Shown here piece by piece: positions 1 to 10,060 of a stretch of 60,379 bases of DNA; the stretch's first letter is position 1, and every line of letters begins with the position of its first letter. Location: positions 1 through 60,379 of the forward strand of contig JAUCBJ010001931.1 in assembly GCA_032718475.1 (NCBI GenBank). The letters run 5' to 3'. This stretch comes from Nemertoderma westbladi. Its lineage: Eukaryota; Animalia; Xenacoelomorpha. Position numbers and translations under genes: made by a program. The notes under the pieces were generated by a model. The model did not search any database. It saw only the letters and a list, made by a program, of their open reading frames with translations, and was not told the DNA's origin.

Positions 1-473
1 AAGTGGTTCAACACTCCTACCCCTCCATTGATTCAAGCCTCCCACATTACTCCATTTTTTGAAAAATGCATTGTGTACGAAAAGTGCAGACCAGTGACGT
101 AATCATCCAAACCTAATTTTGAATCTGATTAATTTCTCCACCAGAAAAGTATCACATTTATTGGTGAATTGTTATATCATTTAAATAGGAGGGATCCAAA
201 ACGGAGGTATCAGTTCTAGAAAACACGTGGCAAAAGTAAACTTTTCTTCATAGCAAAACAACATTTAGGCTAGTGTTGGACTAATTACAACAGTAGGTGC
301 AGTTTTTAGTTGTCTATCTAATTGTGTATCCATGGAAACGCCAAACCCAAGCGTTCTCCTTTAAATTGCACTGATTCACCTTTCCTCACTGTTCAACCCT
401 CCCTGCTCTCCCCCCTACCTCAAAACACGAACTATAATAATGAACTTTTTAATTTATTTTTTTGTCCAAATAG

Positions 474-595
474 GTTGCGTCCAACACCCTGATCTTGAAA
501 CACTCTGTGATGTTTGGGCAGCCGGTGGTGAGTGCGGAAACAACCCTGGCTACATGTATTCCTGGTGCCAGACAAGTTGCAACAAATGTGGATAA
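474..595 (+). CDS. Terminal exon encoding an ShK toxin (ShKT) domain; upstream exons not identified
   Basis: T-rich tract plus TAG acceptor (472-473), then (G)CVQHPDLETLCDVWAAGGECGNNPGYMYSWCQTSCNKCG-stop. Six Cys in the ShKT pattern C..C..WA..GEC..NP.YM...C..SC..C. AATAAA at 600-605. Not in the ORF track. Confidence 0.85.
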
Positions 596-1099
596 AGTCA
601 ATAAAATTCTTCATGGTATGAAACATATCAACTGTTTAAAATAAACAAACAATGGTGATGGTATCAAATCTGCAAAAAATTCATGAAATTGAAACAAACT
701 TTAAGTAAATTATTTAGGTGAAGGTTGAAGATATTATTTACATTATTGGTGAAGGGAAAACCATCCTAGTGTAGAGTATATTATAACACACGACACGATT
801 TAAGTCACTTCTTACTAACAATATTATTTATATCGCGTTGTGGCATATTTTCAACTGACAAGTTGTTCGATTTGAGTTTTATGGTGTGTTTGACATGGAC
901 ATAACATATAACATATACACACATACACATATAACTATAACACATATATATATTTATATATATATATATAAGTTTAAATTAAGTAAAGAAAGTTAGGGAA
1001 TATGACTGTAGGGTGTGAGATCAAGTTGTTTTAGTATAATAATATTTTAAGAATTCAAAGTGACAACTTATATGATCAATCACTAAAAATTTATTTTTT

Positions 1100-1670
1100 T
1101 ATTATTAGCTTTCGATAGCTCTCTCTATCTTTTTCAAATAAACGATATTCTAGAATTATTGCACTACAAATAATAATACTACCCTAGCAACTAATGAGTT
1201 TGTTAAATCTGTGAATCTTTAATCTTTATAATTCTTAAGGATTGAAAACATCAAGTCCAAAGTTATTGATCACCGCCTCGTTGAGAACATTCAAACCCAT
1301 TCGGTTGTAAAGTTTCCAACCGGCACTGCCATTCTCCCTCTTTAATTCTGAGTTTTTGTCGGTTCAGTTTTTTGTTTGCTGAGATCGGTAGACAATCAAA
1401 TGGTGTAATTCTGAAGTGTGCATTGTAAGAATGACCCGAGGTAGTAAAATGTCTGTCGATGGCAGTCGATGGTTTGTCATTAATTATCTTTGTCTTGTAG
1501 TTGGCTATCGTCCTCTGTTGAACCGATACCAAATAAGTTACATTTAATGCAAGTCACCACATAAATAACCTTTTTTAGCATTGCAAGATAAATCATTCTT
1601 TATATAAACCCTGTGGCTTTTGTTAGTTGTTGAGCTGACATATTTTAAAGGTAATAATACGTTACAGGGG
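1100..1670 (-). mobile_element. Degenerate Penelope-like retroelement 3' end (GIY-YIG endonuclease remnant and terminal region)
   Basis: Frameshifted minus-strand peptides LSCNAKK/VIYVVTCIKCNLFGIG and DRHFTTSGH...RIKEGEWQCRLETLQPNG, typical of the Penelope GIY-YIG domain. Hammerhead-like motif at 1102-1141. Confidence 0.7.
1102..1141 (-). ncRNA. Decayed minimal type-I hammerhead ribozyme motif (Penelope-associated)
   Basis: Minus strand reads TTAT-TTGAAAA-A-GATAG(AGAGAG)CTATC-GAAA-GCTA-ATAA. Stem I, stem II, GAAA and the AGCT palindrome are present; the CUGANGA core has two substitutions. Confidence 0.45.
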
Positions 1671-2348
1671 ACACATGCCGCTCTGTCACATATACATTAG
1701 TGAGTGCTCCTGCTATGCGGCAGGTATCTCAGGGCACTTGATAGTACTCACAAGAGTTACAGACAAACAAACTCTCTTGGCCGATGTAGATTAGCCTCCC
1801 GTAAAGCCTTGACAGTTGGTCAGTCGTAAAAACTGACATCAGAAATGAAATCAGCGACCAGGACAATTCTACTTATTACGACATTATTATTTAACAAAAA
1901 AAGTGGTTGTGCACAAATTTATTCAGGTCCTGGGGGTTAACATTAATCTAGAATCACTACCAAAAGGAAAGTTTTCAAACCTTCCTACTAATTTTATGTA
2001 AATCGCGGTAATATCAAAAATAAGCCAAAATATAATAAACTACACCCGCGAACCAAAATTTACGATTTTGGTGTTTTCGTAGACACTGGGTTCATTTCTG
2101 ATATCTGTTTTAATGATTGATGACATCTGGACTGTCTGTTTGTCTGACTGTCAATCTCACAGACAATAAGAAAAACAAACCAAACACAGACAAACAGACA
2201 ACTTAAGCTTATAATATGATGTTAGGTTAGTTTAGAGTTTAAACTTTAGGTTAGTTTAGTTTAGATTTCTGAAATCTACATTAAATTCTGATTTAGAATT
2301 GATAAAAAATTTCTCATTTTTTGAAAAGTTCTGAGGTACCATCTCTCC

Positions 2349-2582
2349 TTAAGAATGATGTGCCGGTTTGTCGACAAAATTGCGCCGCCACAACTCCCTA
2401 TTCCCCATGACAATTGCTAGATCATCCGCATCTTCAAGGCCAGTGCGTCTCAAGAAAGTCATGGGCTGTCCACCATGCTTATTCACTCCATGAGGCTGCC
2501 AAAGTACAAGATTATGCACTGGCTGGTCCTCACGGCGAAAGCAATGTCCTGCAAAGCGGAAGCGGGTCCGTTCAAGTGTCAA
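2349..2582 (-). mobile_element. RTE-type LINE 3' fragment
   Basis: RFAGHCFRREDQPVHNLVLWQP...MGNRELWR is the characteristic C-terminus of an RTE-clade ORF. Confidence 0.75.
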
Positions 2583-3052
2583 GCTTGGGGAGACTATATA
2601 TATTTATTATATTTATAAATATTATATTATATTATTTCTATTTATTTACGCCTATATTTTTGGCCCAGTCTAGAGCACAGCAACTACTATGTGGAACTCA
2701 AACATTGTCGAACTACATATATGCATATATGCAAGTAGTTCGACAAGATGCAAGTAGTTTTCAAAAAAGTAATGTAAAGATTTCTTCGGAAAGATCCCCC
2801 CCCCCCCCCCCCCCCCCAGAACTTTACTCCCCAGAGGAAACGCCAATTAACTTATTTAGCTACCACTTAGGGTGCAGAGCTCTGGTTAGGCCCTTTAAAA
2901 CATTCGTGACAAAACGAAATAGAGGCGATCACTATTCAATGCAAGCACTAACTACACCAAGGTGGCGCAGAATAATTCAATTAGGAACTCCAAAATTGTA
3001 TTATTATAATATAATAACTACCAGCGGTTATAACACAATTGAAATTAATTAA

Positions 3053-4402
3053 TTATCTCAAAGAAAAAATAGCCATGAAAATCAAACAGACAGACACAAA
3101 CACTGCGGCATTCCTTCTATCCTCGCCTCTTAGTGATCCATTCGATACATCCATCGCACTGTCCGAATCGTTGTCGGGGCGACTGCCAATGGACGAGCAG
3201 ATAGAATCAACTTTACCCTCTAAGATCCGTAACATTGTGGGGTCATTCACCTCCCGTTGCTGCAGCAACCGGACACTTTCTTTCAACTCCTTTAGATCCA
3301 CTGCGGGGTCGTACTCCATGCGAGAAGTGGAAGCAGCTAAGGCCTCGTGTACGAGACCATGTAGACGTCGGTTCCTATGGAAACCGATAGCGGTGCTGGT
3401 AATAGCGCCTATGAGCACACCAACAAGCGATGCAACAATCGACCAATTCTTTGTGTTCTCCGCTCGAATTCTTTCACGCTCGTGTGATTCCCGCATACTA
3501 GCTGATAACAAACTGAAACAATCCCGTTCTTTAATCTCACATTTCGATAACTCGCTTTTTAATATTTTCTCTTGTTGCAGCATTTTGTGTTCGAGAGTAG
3601 CGAGTTGGAGGTAACGTGGTTCATCGCGAGTCATTCGATCTAGCTGGGTTCGGACTTCCCCCAACTCGAGCCGAAGGCCGTCGAGCTCGGTCTGCGAGCC
3701 GTGGACCCGGTCACGGGCCTCCATGAAGCGGGTCTCGGACGCCCGGACGTGGTGCTGGGCCTCCCGGACATTCCGGATTCCGGTGAGGTGCTCGAAGACG
3801 CCGACCCACAGGCTGATCCGGCCCCCGGTGAACCGCTGGAGGAAACGGTCGACTTCGGGTTGTCCGGTGAATTTGGGGTCTGGTGGGTTTCCGGATAGTT
3901 CCGGTAAGCTTCCGAATGGTTCGGGTGACTTTCCGGTGTGTTCTGGTGACTTTCCGGTGTACGCTGGTGAGTTTCCAGTGTGTTTTGGTGACTTTCCGGT
4001 GTGTTCTGCTGAGTTTCCGGTGTGTTCTGCTGACTTTCCGGTGAGTTCTGACTTTCCGGTGAGTTCTGACTTTCCGGTGTGTTTTGATGAGTATCCGGTG
4101 TATTCTGCAGAGTTTCCGGTGTGTTCTGCTGAATTTCCGGTGTGTTCTGGTAACTTTCCGGTGTGTTCTGACTTTCCGGTGTGTTTTGATGAGTATCCGG
4201 TGTTTTCTGCTAAGTTTCCGGTGTGTTCCCGTAGAGCGTCGGTAAGTTGTGGTGCACTGAGCACCGCCACGCCCGAGGAGGCCCGATAGTAACGGTAGTT
4301 GGTTGCCATGACAGGATGACGCAATTTACGAAGTCTATTATTCCCTGACAAACGATAATGTGAGACCGGTGACGTCATTATTGTGAAGAGTTTCCTCTCC
4401 AT
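3053..4402 (-). CDS. CCDC51: Coiled-coil domain-containing protein 51 / mitochondrial potassium channel MITOK, single exon (true start could be a downstream Met)
   Basis: VREAQHHVRASETRFMEAR...YLQLATLEHKMLQQEK...SLLSASMRESHERERIRAENTKNWSIVASLVGVLIG matches the CCDC51/She9 core. Two hydrophobic segments and an Arg-rich N-terminus resembling a mitochondrial presequence. Confidence 0.93.
   Translation of the reverse strand: MERKLFTIMTSPVSHYRLSGNNRLRKLRHPVMATNYRYYRASSGVAVLSAPQLTDALREHTGNLAENTGYSSKHTGKSEHTGKLPEHTGNSAEHTGNSAEYTGYSSKHTGKSELTGKSELTGKSAEHTGNSAEHTGKSPKHTGNSPAYTGKSPEHTGKSPEPFGSLPELSGNPPDPKFTGQPEVDRFLQRFTGGRISLWVGVFEHLTGIRNVREAQHHVRASETRFMEARDRVHGSQTELDGLRLELGEVRTQLDRMTRDEPRYLQLATLEHKMLQQEKILKSELSKCEIKERDCFSLLSASMRESHERERIRAENTKNWSIVASLVGVLIGAITSTAIGFHRNRRLHGLVHEALAASTSRMEYDPAVDLKELKESVRLLQQREVNDPTMLRILEGKVDSICSSIGSRPDNDSDSAMDVSNGSLRGEDRRNAAVFVSVCLIFMAIFSLR
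3925..4230. repeat. In-frame 18/21-bp coding minisatellite inside CCDC51
   Basis: Tandem units related to GAGTTTCCGGTGTGTTCTGCT, translating as EHTG(K/N)S(A/P) repeats. Confidence 0.9.
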
Positions 4403-5137
4403 TTCAGTGAAACAACCGAATTAATTTGTATGAAAGAAATGAATAAAATTGAGTTAAATAAAAAACATTAGTACAACAGTAATACATGTACCGGTAATGT
4501 ATCCTGTTCAATAATGAATATGAAAGTATGAAAGGGTGTTAAGTCTGTCCGTTAATAAGGACAGAAAAAATCAATAATTAATAAATGAAATAAGATAATT
4601 TCCACATCTCTCGACGGCCTACCTATTGCTTTAAGTTTCTGTCTCTTTAAAAACTCATTTCATAATATACATGTTGAATAAAGGAGATAATTGACTTAAA
4701 TAAAAGCGGGGCTTCGCATACAATAGGATTCCTAAAAAAACAAACAATCAATTTAATATTTATACAAAATCCAAGCAAAATAATTTATTAAAATAACAAA
4801 ATAGTGGGGCCGCCTTACTGAGAAATGTAATATAATTATTGGAGCAGAATAAATAATTTGTTATTATGAGTTCAGCAAGAAAGGGAACCATAAATCAATT
4901 ACTCCTATTTATCAAATTGTCTAACGCTGAATCCGGGGAATTTACCGGGGTCGTTTAAAGAAACAAAATTAATAAGATTATGAAATCAGATGATATTAAT
5001 GCGTCGAAAAATATTATAATACAATTATGTACATATTATATACGTCATTATATATTTACAAGATGGATTTCACACGGATCAATTGAAAAAAAAATAAAGC
5101 ATATTAAACAAACACAAAACAAAATACCAGAATTTAG

Positions 5138-6940
5138 TTAATTTAAGCGGCACAACAATATATCGTCGAATACTTTCCCCTCAGTATCCATTCCGAAGGC
5201 AATTAGTAAGGCAGTGTAGGATTCTCTAACACCTTCGATTTGTTGGTCTACCGAAGGTGTTCCAGACCCCTGAGGTAACTGGGTTACCTCAGTTCGATTG
5301 GTACCTGTTGCATAAACATCCACAGCTGTGGTGTTTCCTACAACGTCGGTCTCAGCCGCACCAGTGTCGTCGTTACGATCAACTTGGGCGGCCAATAAGT
5401 TCGTTATATCGGCAATGAGTCCGTCCGTCTGTAAACGCGATGTCCTCACTTTGTTATCGTCGGTAGAATCCTCTAAGTCTCTCTCGTCACCTCGGGTTTC
5501 ATCAGAGTCACTACCCCCTATCAACTCCCCCATACCTCCACTTGAACCCGCCTCCCCGTCACTCCCAACCGTGTCCCCTCCACTCACACCCGTCTCCACA
5601 ACACTTCCACCCGTGTCCCCTACGCCTACCATCTCTCCCCCAGTCACACCCGTCTCCACAACACTTCCACCCGTGTCCCCTACGCCTACCATCTCTCCCC
5701 CAGTCACACCCGTCTCCACAACACTTCCACCCGTGTCCCCTACGCCTACCATCTCCCCCCCAGTCACACCCGTCTCCACAACACTTCCACCCGTGTCCCC
5801 TACGCCTACCATCTCTCTCCCACTCCTACCCGTCTCCACAACACTTCCACCCGTGTCCCCTACGCCTACCATCTCTCTCCCACTCCTACCCGTCTCCCCA
5901 CCACTCCCACCCGTCTCCCCACCACTCCCACCCGTCTCCCCACCACTCCCACCCGTCTCCCCACCACTCCCACCCTTCTCCTCTCTACTCCCACCCTTCT
6001 CCCCACTACTCCCACCCACAACCTCCCCTCTCCCCTCCACACTAATCACACACATAGAATGATCCAACCTCGGGGCTGGTCCCACCCCATCGCTCTGCAA
6101 CCTAGTCCACCTATGCTTCGCGGTTCCCAAAACCCACACATCGTCCAAGGCCGCCCTCCTGCTACCCAAACCCCCCGCTATATACGCCGAATCGCCGCGC
6201 ACCACAGAAGCATGCCCAGCACGCGCTGACGGTTTCAACCCCTTCACCTTAACCTCCTTCCACTCCATCGTAGACAAACACAAGTAATGTAAATCGTCGT
6301 AGGTTCTAGAACCATCCATTCCTCCGTGGACGTAAATGCGATCGTCTACGCACCACATCGCATGGCCGAGTCGGGGTTTAGGAGGGGAGAGTTTAGCGGG
6401 TAAACGCGACCATTCATTACTGCAGTAGTGGTAGGCGTAAATGTTTCGGTCTGCGACTGGTTCCAGACCTTGATGACCCCCGGAATATATGTATAGAGTG
6501 TCTCCTTGGTAACAGGAAGTGTGATGGGCTCTGGGAGTAGGGGGTACTCCCGTGGGGAGACGGGGGGAGCACGCCCCTGAGTTTAATTTGATCTCGACCA
6601 AATCGTTGAGGTTGCCAGACTGGTTGGTCCCCCCGAACAGGATCAATGACGACGTATTGCTGGCCGGTATGAAGCAGCAGTGTTCGTACCGGTCCAGGAG
6701 AGCATCACCCTCCGGGATCAGCGGTCGCCAGCGTTGATTCGATACGTGCAGCGAGTGACAATCCGGGTGGGTACCGGAAGGGTCTGCTCCCCCCGCTATG
6801 ATTAGATTCCCACTAGAGCGCTGGTAGGTAGCGGACTGGCCCAATCTGGCACTTGGGCCTGGCGACTCTATAGGCGAGACCACGTACCATAAACCGGGGT
6901 TAGGTACGGATTGACTTTCTAATATCGGGTGCAGTTCCAT
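5138..6940 (-). CDS. RABEPK: Rab9 effector protein with kelch motifs (p40), single coding exon
   Basis: N-terminus MELHPILE...WYVVSP...PSARLGQSATY, kelch repeats (PRAHH, PRLGHAM, ARAGHAS, PRLDHSMC) and C-terminus LIAFGMDTEGKVFDD match RABEPK. Confidence 0.92.
   Translation of the reverse strand: MELHPILESQSVPNPGLWYVVSPIESPGPSARLGQSATYQRSSGNLIIAGGADPSGTHPDCHSLHVSNQRWRPLIPEGDALLDRYEHCCFIPASNTSSLILFGGTNQSGNLNDLVEIKLNSGACSPRLPTGVPPTPRAHHTSCYQGDTLYIYSGGHQGLEPVADRNIYAYHYCSNEWSRLPAKLSPPKPRLGHAMWCVDDRIYVHGGMDGSRTYDDLHYLCLSTMEWKEVKVKGLKPSARAGHASVVRGDSAYIAGGLGSRRAALDDVWVLGTAKHRWTRLQSDGVGPAPRLDHSMCVISVEGRGEVVGGSSGEKGGSREEKGGSGGETGGSGGETGGSGGETGGSGGETGRSGREMVGVGDTGGSVVETGRSGREMVGVGDTGGSVVETGVTGGEMVGVGDTGGSVVETGVTGGEMVGVGDTGGSVVETGVTGGEMVGVGDTGGSVVETGVSGGDTVGSDGEAGSSGGMGELIGGSDSDETRGDERDLEDSTDDNKVRTSRLQTDGLIADITNLLAAQVDRNDDTGAAETDVVGNTTAVDVYATGTNRTEVTQLPQGSGTPSVDQQIEGVRESYTALLIAFGMDTEGKVFDDILLCRLN
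5575..6018. repeat. In-frame 60-bp (about 5 copies) and 21-bp tandem repeats inside RABEPK
   Basis: A 60-bp period is visible across 5581-5880 (GGEMVGVGDTGGSVVETGVT) and 21-bp GGSGGET units lie at about 5899-6018. Confidence 0.92.
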
Positions 6941-7259
6941 CGCTTATAGAAATAGAAGAAGAGTTATAATATATTGCAGATAAGGTTTTACTTATTGTTA
7001 TAAAACATAAAGTCCCGACACAAAATATTTTGCCGAATGGGCCAGTTTGCCACGTCTCAGGAACAGATAAACTCCATTAGACTGTTAGATACACATTATA
7101 CAAGCTACCAATAACTAAATTCTATATTGGCCTACGTTCTCAACTGGGTAAAACCAAAGGGGGTATTTTCGATAAAAATAATAATAGTGTATTAGAATTT
7201 AAAATTTTAGCTGTCCTTGTCAGAATCAATTTTATGAATAACGAACATTGGTTCGGTAC

Positions 7260-7358
7260 GGGTGCATGTAAAAGTTTACATGTGTAATTTACATGTGCGA
7301 ATCGTACGGACTACGATTCGCAGTCCGTAGTCCGCCAGTCCGCTCTTTACATGCACCC
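7260..7358. mobile_element. 99-bp MITE with 13-bp TIRs and 9-bp TSD (Mutator-like)
   Basis: GGGTGCATGTAAA...TTTACATGCACCC flanked by GTTCGGTAC at 7251-7259 and 7359-7367. Confidence 0.8.
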
Positions 7359-7504
7359 GTTCGGTACCTGCCCCACATCCTTAATTTGTCGAGCGCCGCA
7401 CAATATATTTTAATAATGATAACTAAACTGAATTTAATACGCGCTTAGAATTATAAAACATATACCGGTATACTAACAAATAAAAAAATATATATTTTTT
7501 AACG

Positions 7505-8125
7505 AAAGGCGCTACCGGTAAAGTGCGCCGGATAGCGCGCCGACCAATATTTATGCGCGCCGCGCGCCGATGCCATTTCGAAGAAAAACCCCGCGCCAAC
7601 TAAATTTTTAAGCACGCCGATGCAATTTCGAAGATACCCCGCGCCAACTAAATTTTTAAGCGCGCCACACATTGAAACAATTTTGAAGAGCGCCACGCCA
7701 ATGCAAATTCAATTTTGAGGGAGTGTAACCAATCTGTCAATGTCAGTCAGTAAGTACTGCTGTACCAGTCCCTGCTGCCCTATATCTGTATCTGTGTATA
7801 CAACAGTAGCCTAACCACTGAACCATACAACAGAAAAAGAAAGGCGAGCGAAGCGAGCCGAAATTTTTAAACAGCTAATGCTATTTTTAAGGCACTTATC
7901 CATAATTGTTAAACCTGTAAACTAACAAATCGGCGCCGGTTTTTATTTTTGGGAGCGCCACGCGCCAAAGCTGAAAGCCGGCGCGCTTTACGATTTTCAA
8001 GCGCGCCACGCGCCAAAGTCGGCGCGCTTTACGATTTTCGAGCGCGCCACGCGCCACATTGGCGCGCTTTTATTGCAAAGTGCGCCGGATTAATCCGGCG
8101 CAAAGTGTATGGATTCCAGTCTGGG
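7505..8125. repeat. GCGC-rich repeat cluster, probably the subterminal repeats of a non-autonomous DNA transposon
   Basis: Repeated CGCGCC, CCCCGCGCCAACTAAATTTTTAAGC and GGCGCGCTTTACGATTTTC units at both ends of the block. Termini not resolved. Confidence 0.5.
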
Positions 8126-8528
8126 GCCCGGCCCTATAGGCCTACCAGTATACGGAAAAGGATCAATAAATCACAGTAATGTCTACGAAAATAGGCACGA
8201 CGTCAATAACGAGATAGTTGTTTCATTTATACTTTGTTGGCCTAACAATTCTCAGAACTGATAGACACATGGCTGCATGGACTGGTGATGACAAATGTCA
8301 CAAAATAATTGTCTTGGATGTTAAAGATGAGGAATATAAAGTCTAACTACTGAACTAAGACTGACAGTCAGACAGTGCAAACAACAGAACAATGCAGATT
8401 GTGGAATGAGCGTCAGAGCGTAAACGTGTGTTAAATATCAGAATATTTGGGCCTTCACAGCTTAGGCTGTTTGCTGTTAGGAATATATACCGGCAGACCG
8501 GTAGGCCTATACGGGCTTCATTGTTTAT

Positions 8529-8993
8529 CTACTTTCGTTTACGACGTTTGACAAAATTCACTTCGTCTTTGTTATGAATTCCACAATTCTGAAGAGTCAC
8601 AGCATCATTCATCAACAATTGATTATTGTGACTTAAAGAAAAAGTTTTCCAAATGTAAATCCAACTTATTCTCGTTTTTATTCCTTCCCTCAGTAGCTTC
8701 TGAGATGTCGCTTTTCGAATTGCCTTTTTCAGGTCCAAAACCGTGGCGTCTAGTTTTATAACTACAGTGAGTGCTTCGCCAGTTTGCTTTCTAACGTATA
8801 TCGTTATCGCTCGGCTTTGTTCCAAAGCAACTAAATTCTTGAGTTCCCCACTCGAAGGATTTGCATAGATATCCTTTAACAGCGGGTCATTAAGACACGA
8901 ATTTACGATTTCCTTTAGCAGTTTTAATACCTTGCAATGCGGAGTATTTTCGTCGGAGTCACATAGTAATTCCAACTTGTCTTCAATTTCCAT
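8529..8993 (-). CDS. SNRNP25: U11/U12 small nuclear ribonucleoprotein 25 kDa protein, single exon
   Basis: DPLLKDI...VALEQSRAITIYVRK...ATVLDLKKAI...ISWIYIWKTFSL...GIHNKDEVNFVKR is the SNRNP25 ubiquitin-like domain. Confidence 0.93.
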   Translation of the reverse strand: MEIEDKLELLCDSDENTPHCKVLKLLKEIVNSCLNDPLLKDIYANPSSGELKNLVALEQSRAITIYVRKQTGEALTVVIKLDATVLDLKKAIRKATSQKLLREGIKTRISWIYIWKTFSLSHNNQLLMNDAVTLQNCGIHNKDEVNFVKRRKRK

Positions 8994-9344
8994 GCTGACA
9001 GTTTAACATTCATGAAAAAATAATTGGGTATTTTACAGTAAAACAAAATTATGACAGTATGAGTATGATAGTACTGTAGTATCAGACAGTCAGTGTACAG
9101 GTGTATGACGCTGAATCATGTCAGCATGTGAATGGTTTTACAATACTGCAATACTAGAAGTACTGAAGTAGGCCTACCGCCTACAGTTATCGGTATGTTT
9201 AACACTAATCGGTACAGACTTGTGGTCTTTACTAAATGGTACATGTGTGCTACAATTTGTAGTCATGTATGTCAATTGTATTTACTAAGTAGTTTCAATA
9301 GGCCTATATGGTTCATTTGAGCTGTAAAACTAAATTAAAACTAA

Positions 9345-10060
9345 ATTAAATCAAATCGTAGACAGCGAATTAGAAATTTGAATCGTTGAAAGCCAAGAGT
9401 AGCTTTAAAGAATGGTGGTCCATGAATCGGATGCCAGAGCTCTTGAATGTTTTGATGTGCACTTTTATATACTCCTGCCATATTCAGTACAGCCAGGCTC
9501 GCTTTTAGCTCAACAAATGAAAACTGAATGAATGTTTTTCCAAGTTTTTCACCTAGGATTCGACATTTTCTATTGGTCTCACGCAATATGATGTAAATAA
9601 TTTCAATTGTAAAAAACATAAAAAAAACTATCAAGTTCCGTTATTGGGTTTTGTAAAACTCTAGGTACAACTCTGACAATATCTATCCGTGATTTCTTTC
9701 TTGGTTTGGGTTCTGATTCAACATACTCATCACCAGAACGTGCTAAAATGATATTTTCATTTGTGCCTGGTAATGTGGATATAGATTCTCCTGAATCAGA
9801 CTCACTATCACTACCACCACTACAGCTGCTCTCGATCTCAAGTTCAAAATCACTATCACTCAATAAACCTGAAATATTATCAATGTTTGAATCACAGTCA
9901 TTTTCACTTTCCTCAATAAGCCTAATATTTTCTTCCCCTTCACTTGCTTCATCAGATGAACCTTCACTGCCATCATGAACATCTTGGCCAAATATTATAT
10001 GATGTTCTAAACTACGCCAAACTCTGGACATTTACGGAAACCGGGCAGCCGGGTGGGTAC
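9345..10060 (-). mobile_element. piggyBac transposase 5' fragment (PGBD4-like), frameshifted and truncated
   Basis: Acidic N-terminus, then after a frameshift AGVYKSAHQNIQELWHPIHGPPFFKATLGFQRFKFLIRCLRFD (DDE_Tnp_1_7-type motif). Confidence 0.85.

Noticed and set aside
2414-3052. 212-aa plus-strand ORF
   Set aside because: It runs through an antisense LINE fragment, AT-rich sequence and a poly-C run, with no recognisable domain.
4403-4470. U12-type (AT-AC) intron end upstream of CCDC51
   Set aside because: No convincing TCCTTAAC branch site or identified matching ATATCCTT donor.
3039-6062. Plus-strand ORFs 3039-3614, 3723-4289, 5328-6062 and 5542-6045
   Set aside because: Antisense shadows of CCDC51 and RABEPK and their repeats.
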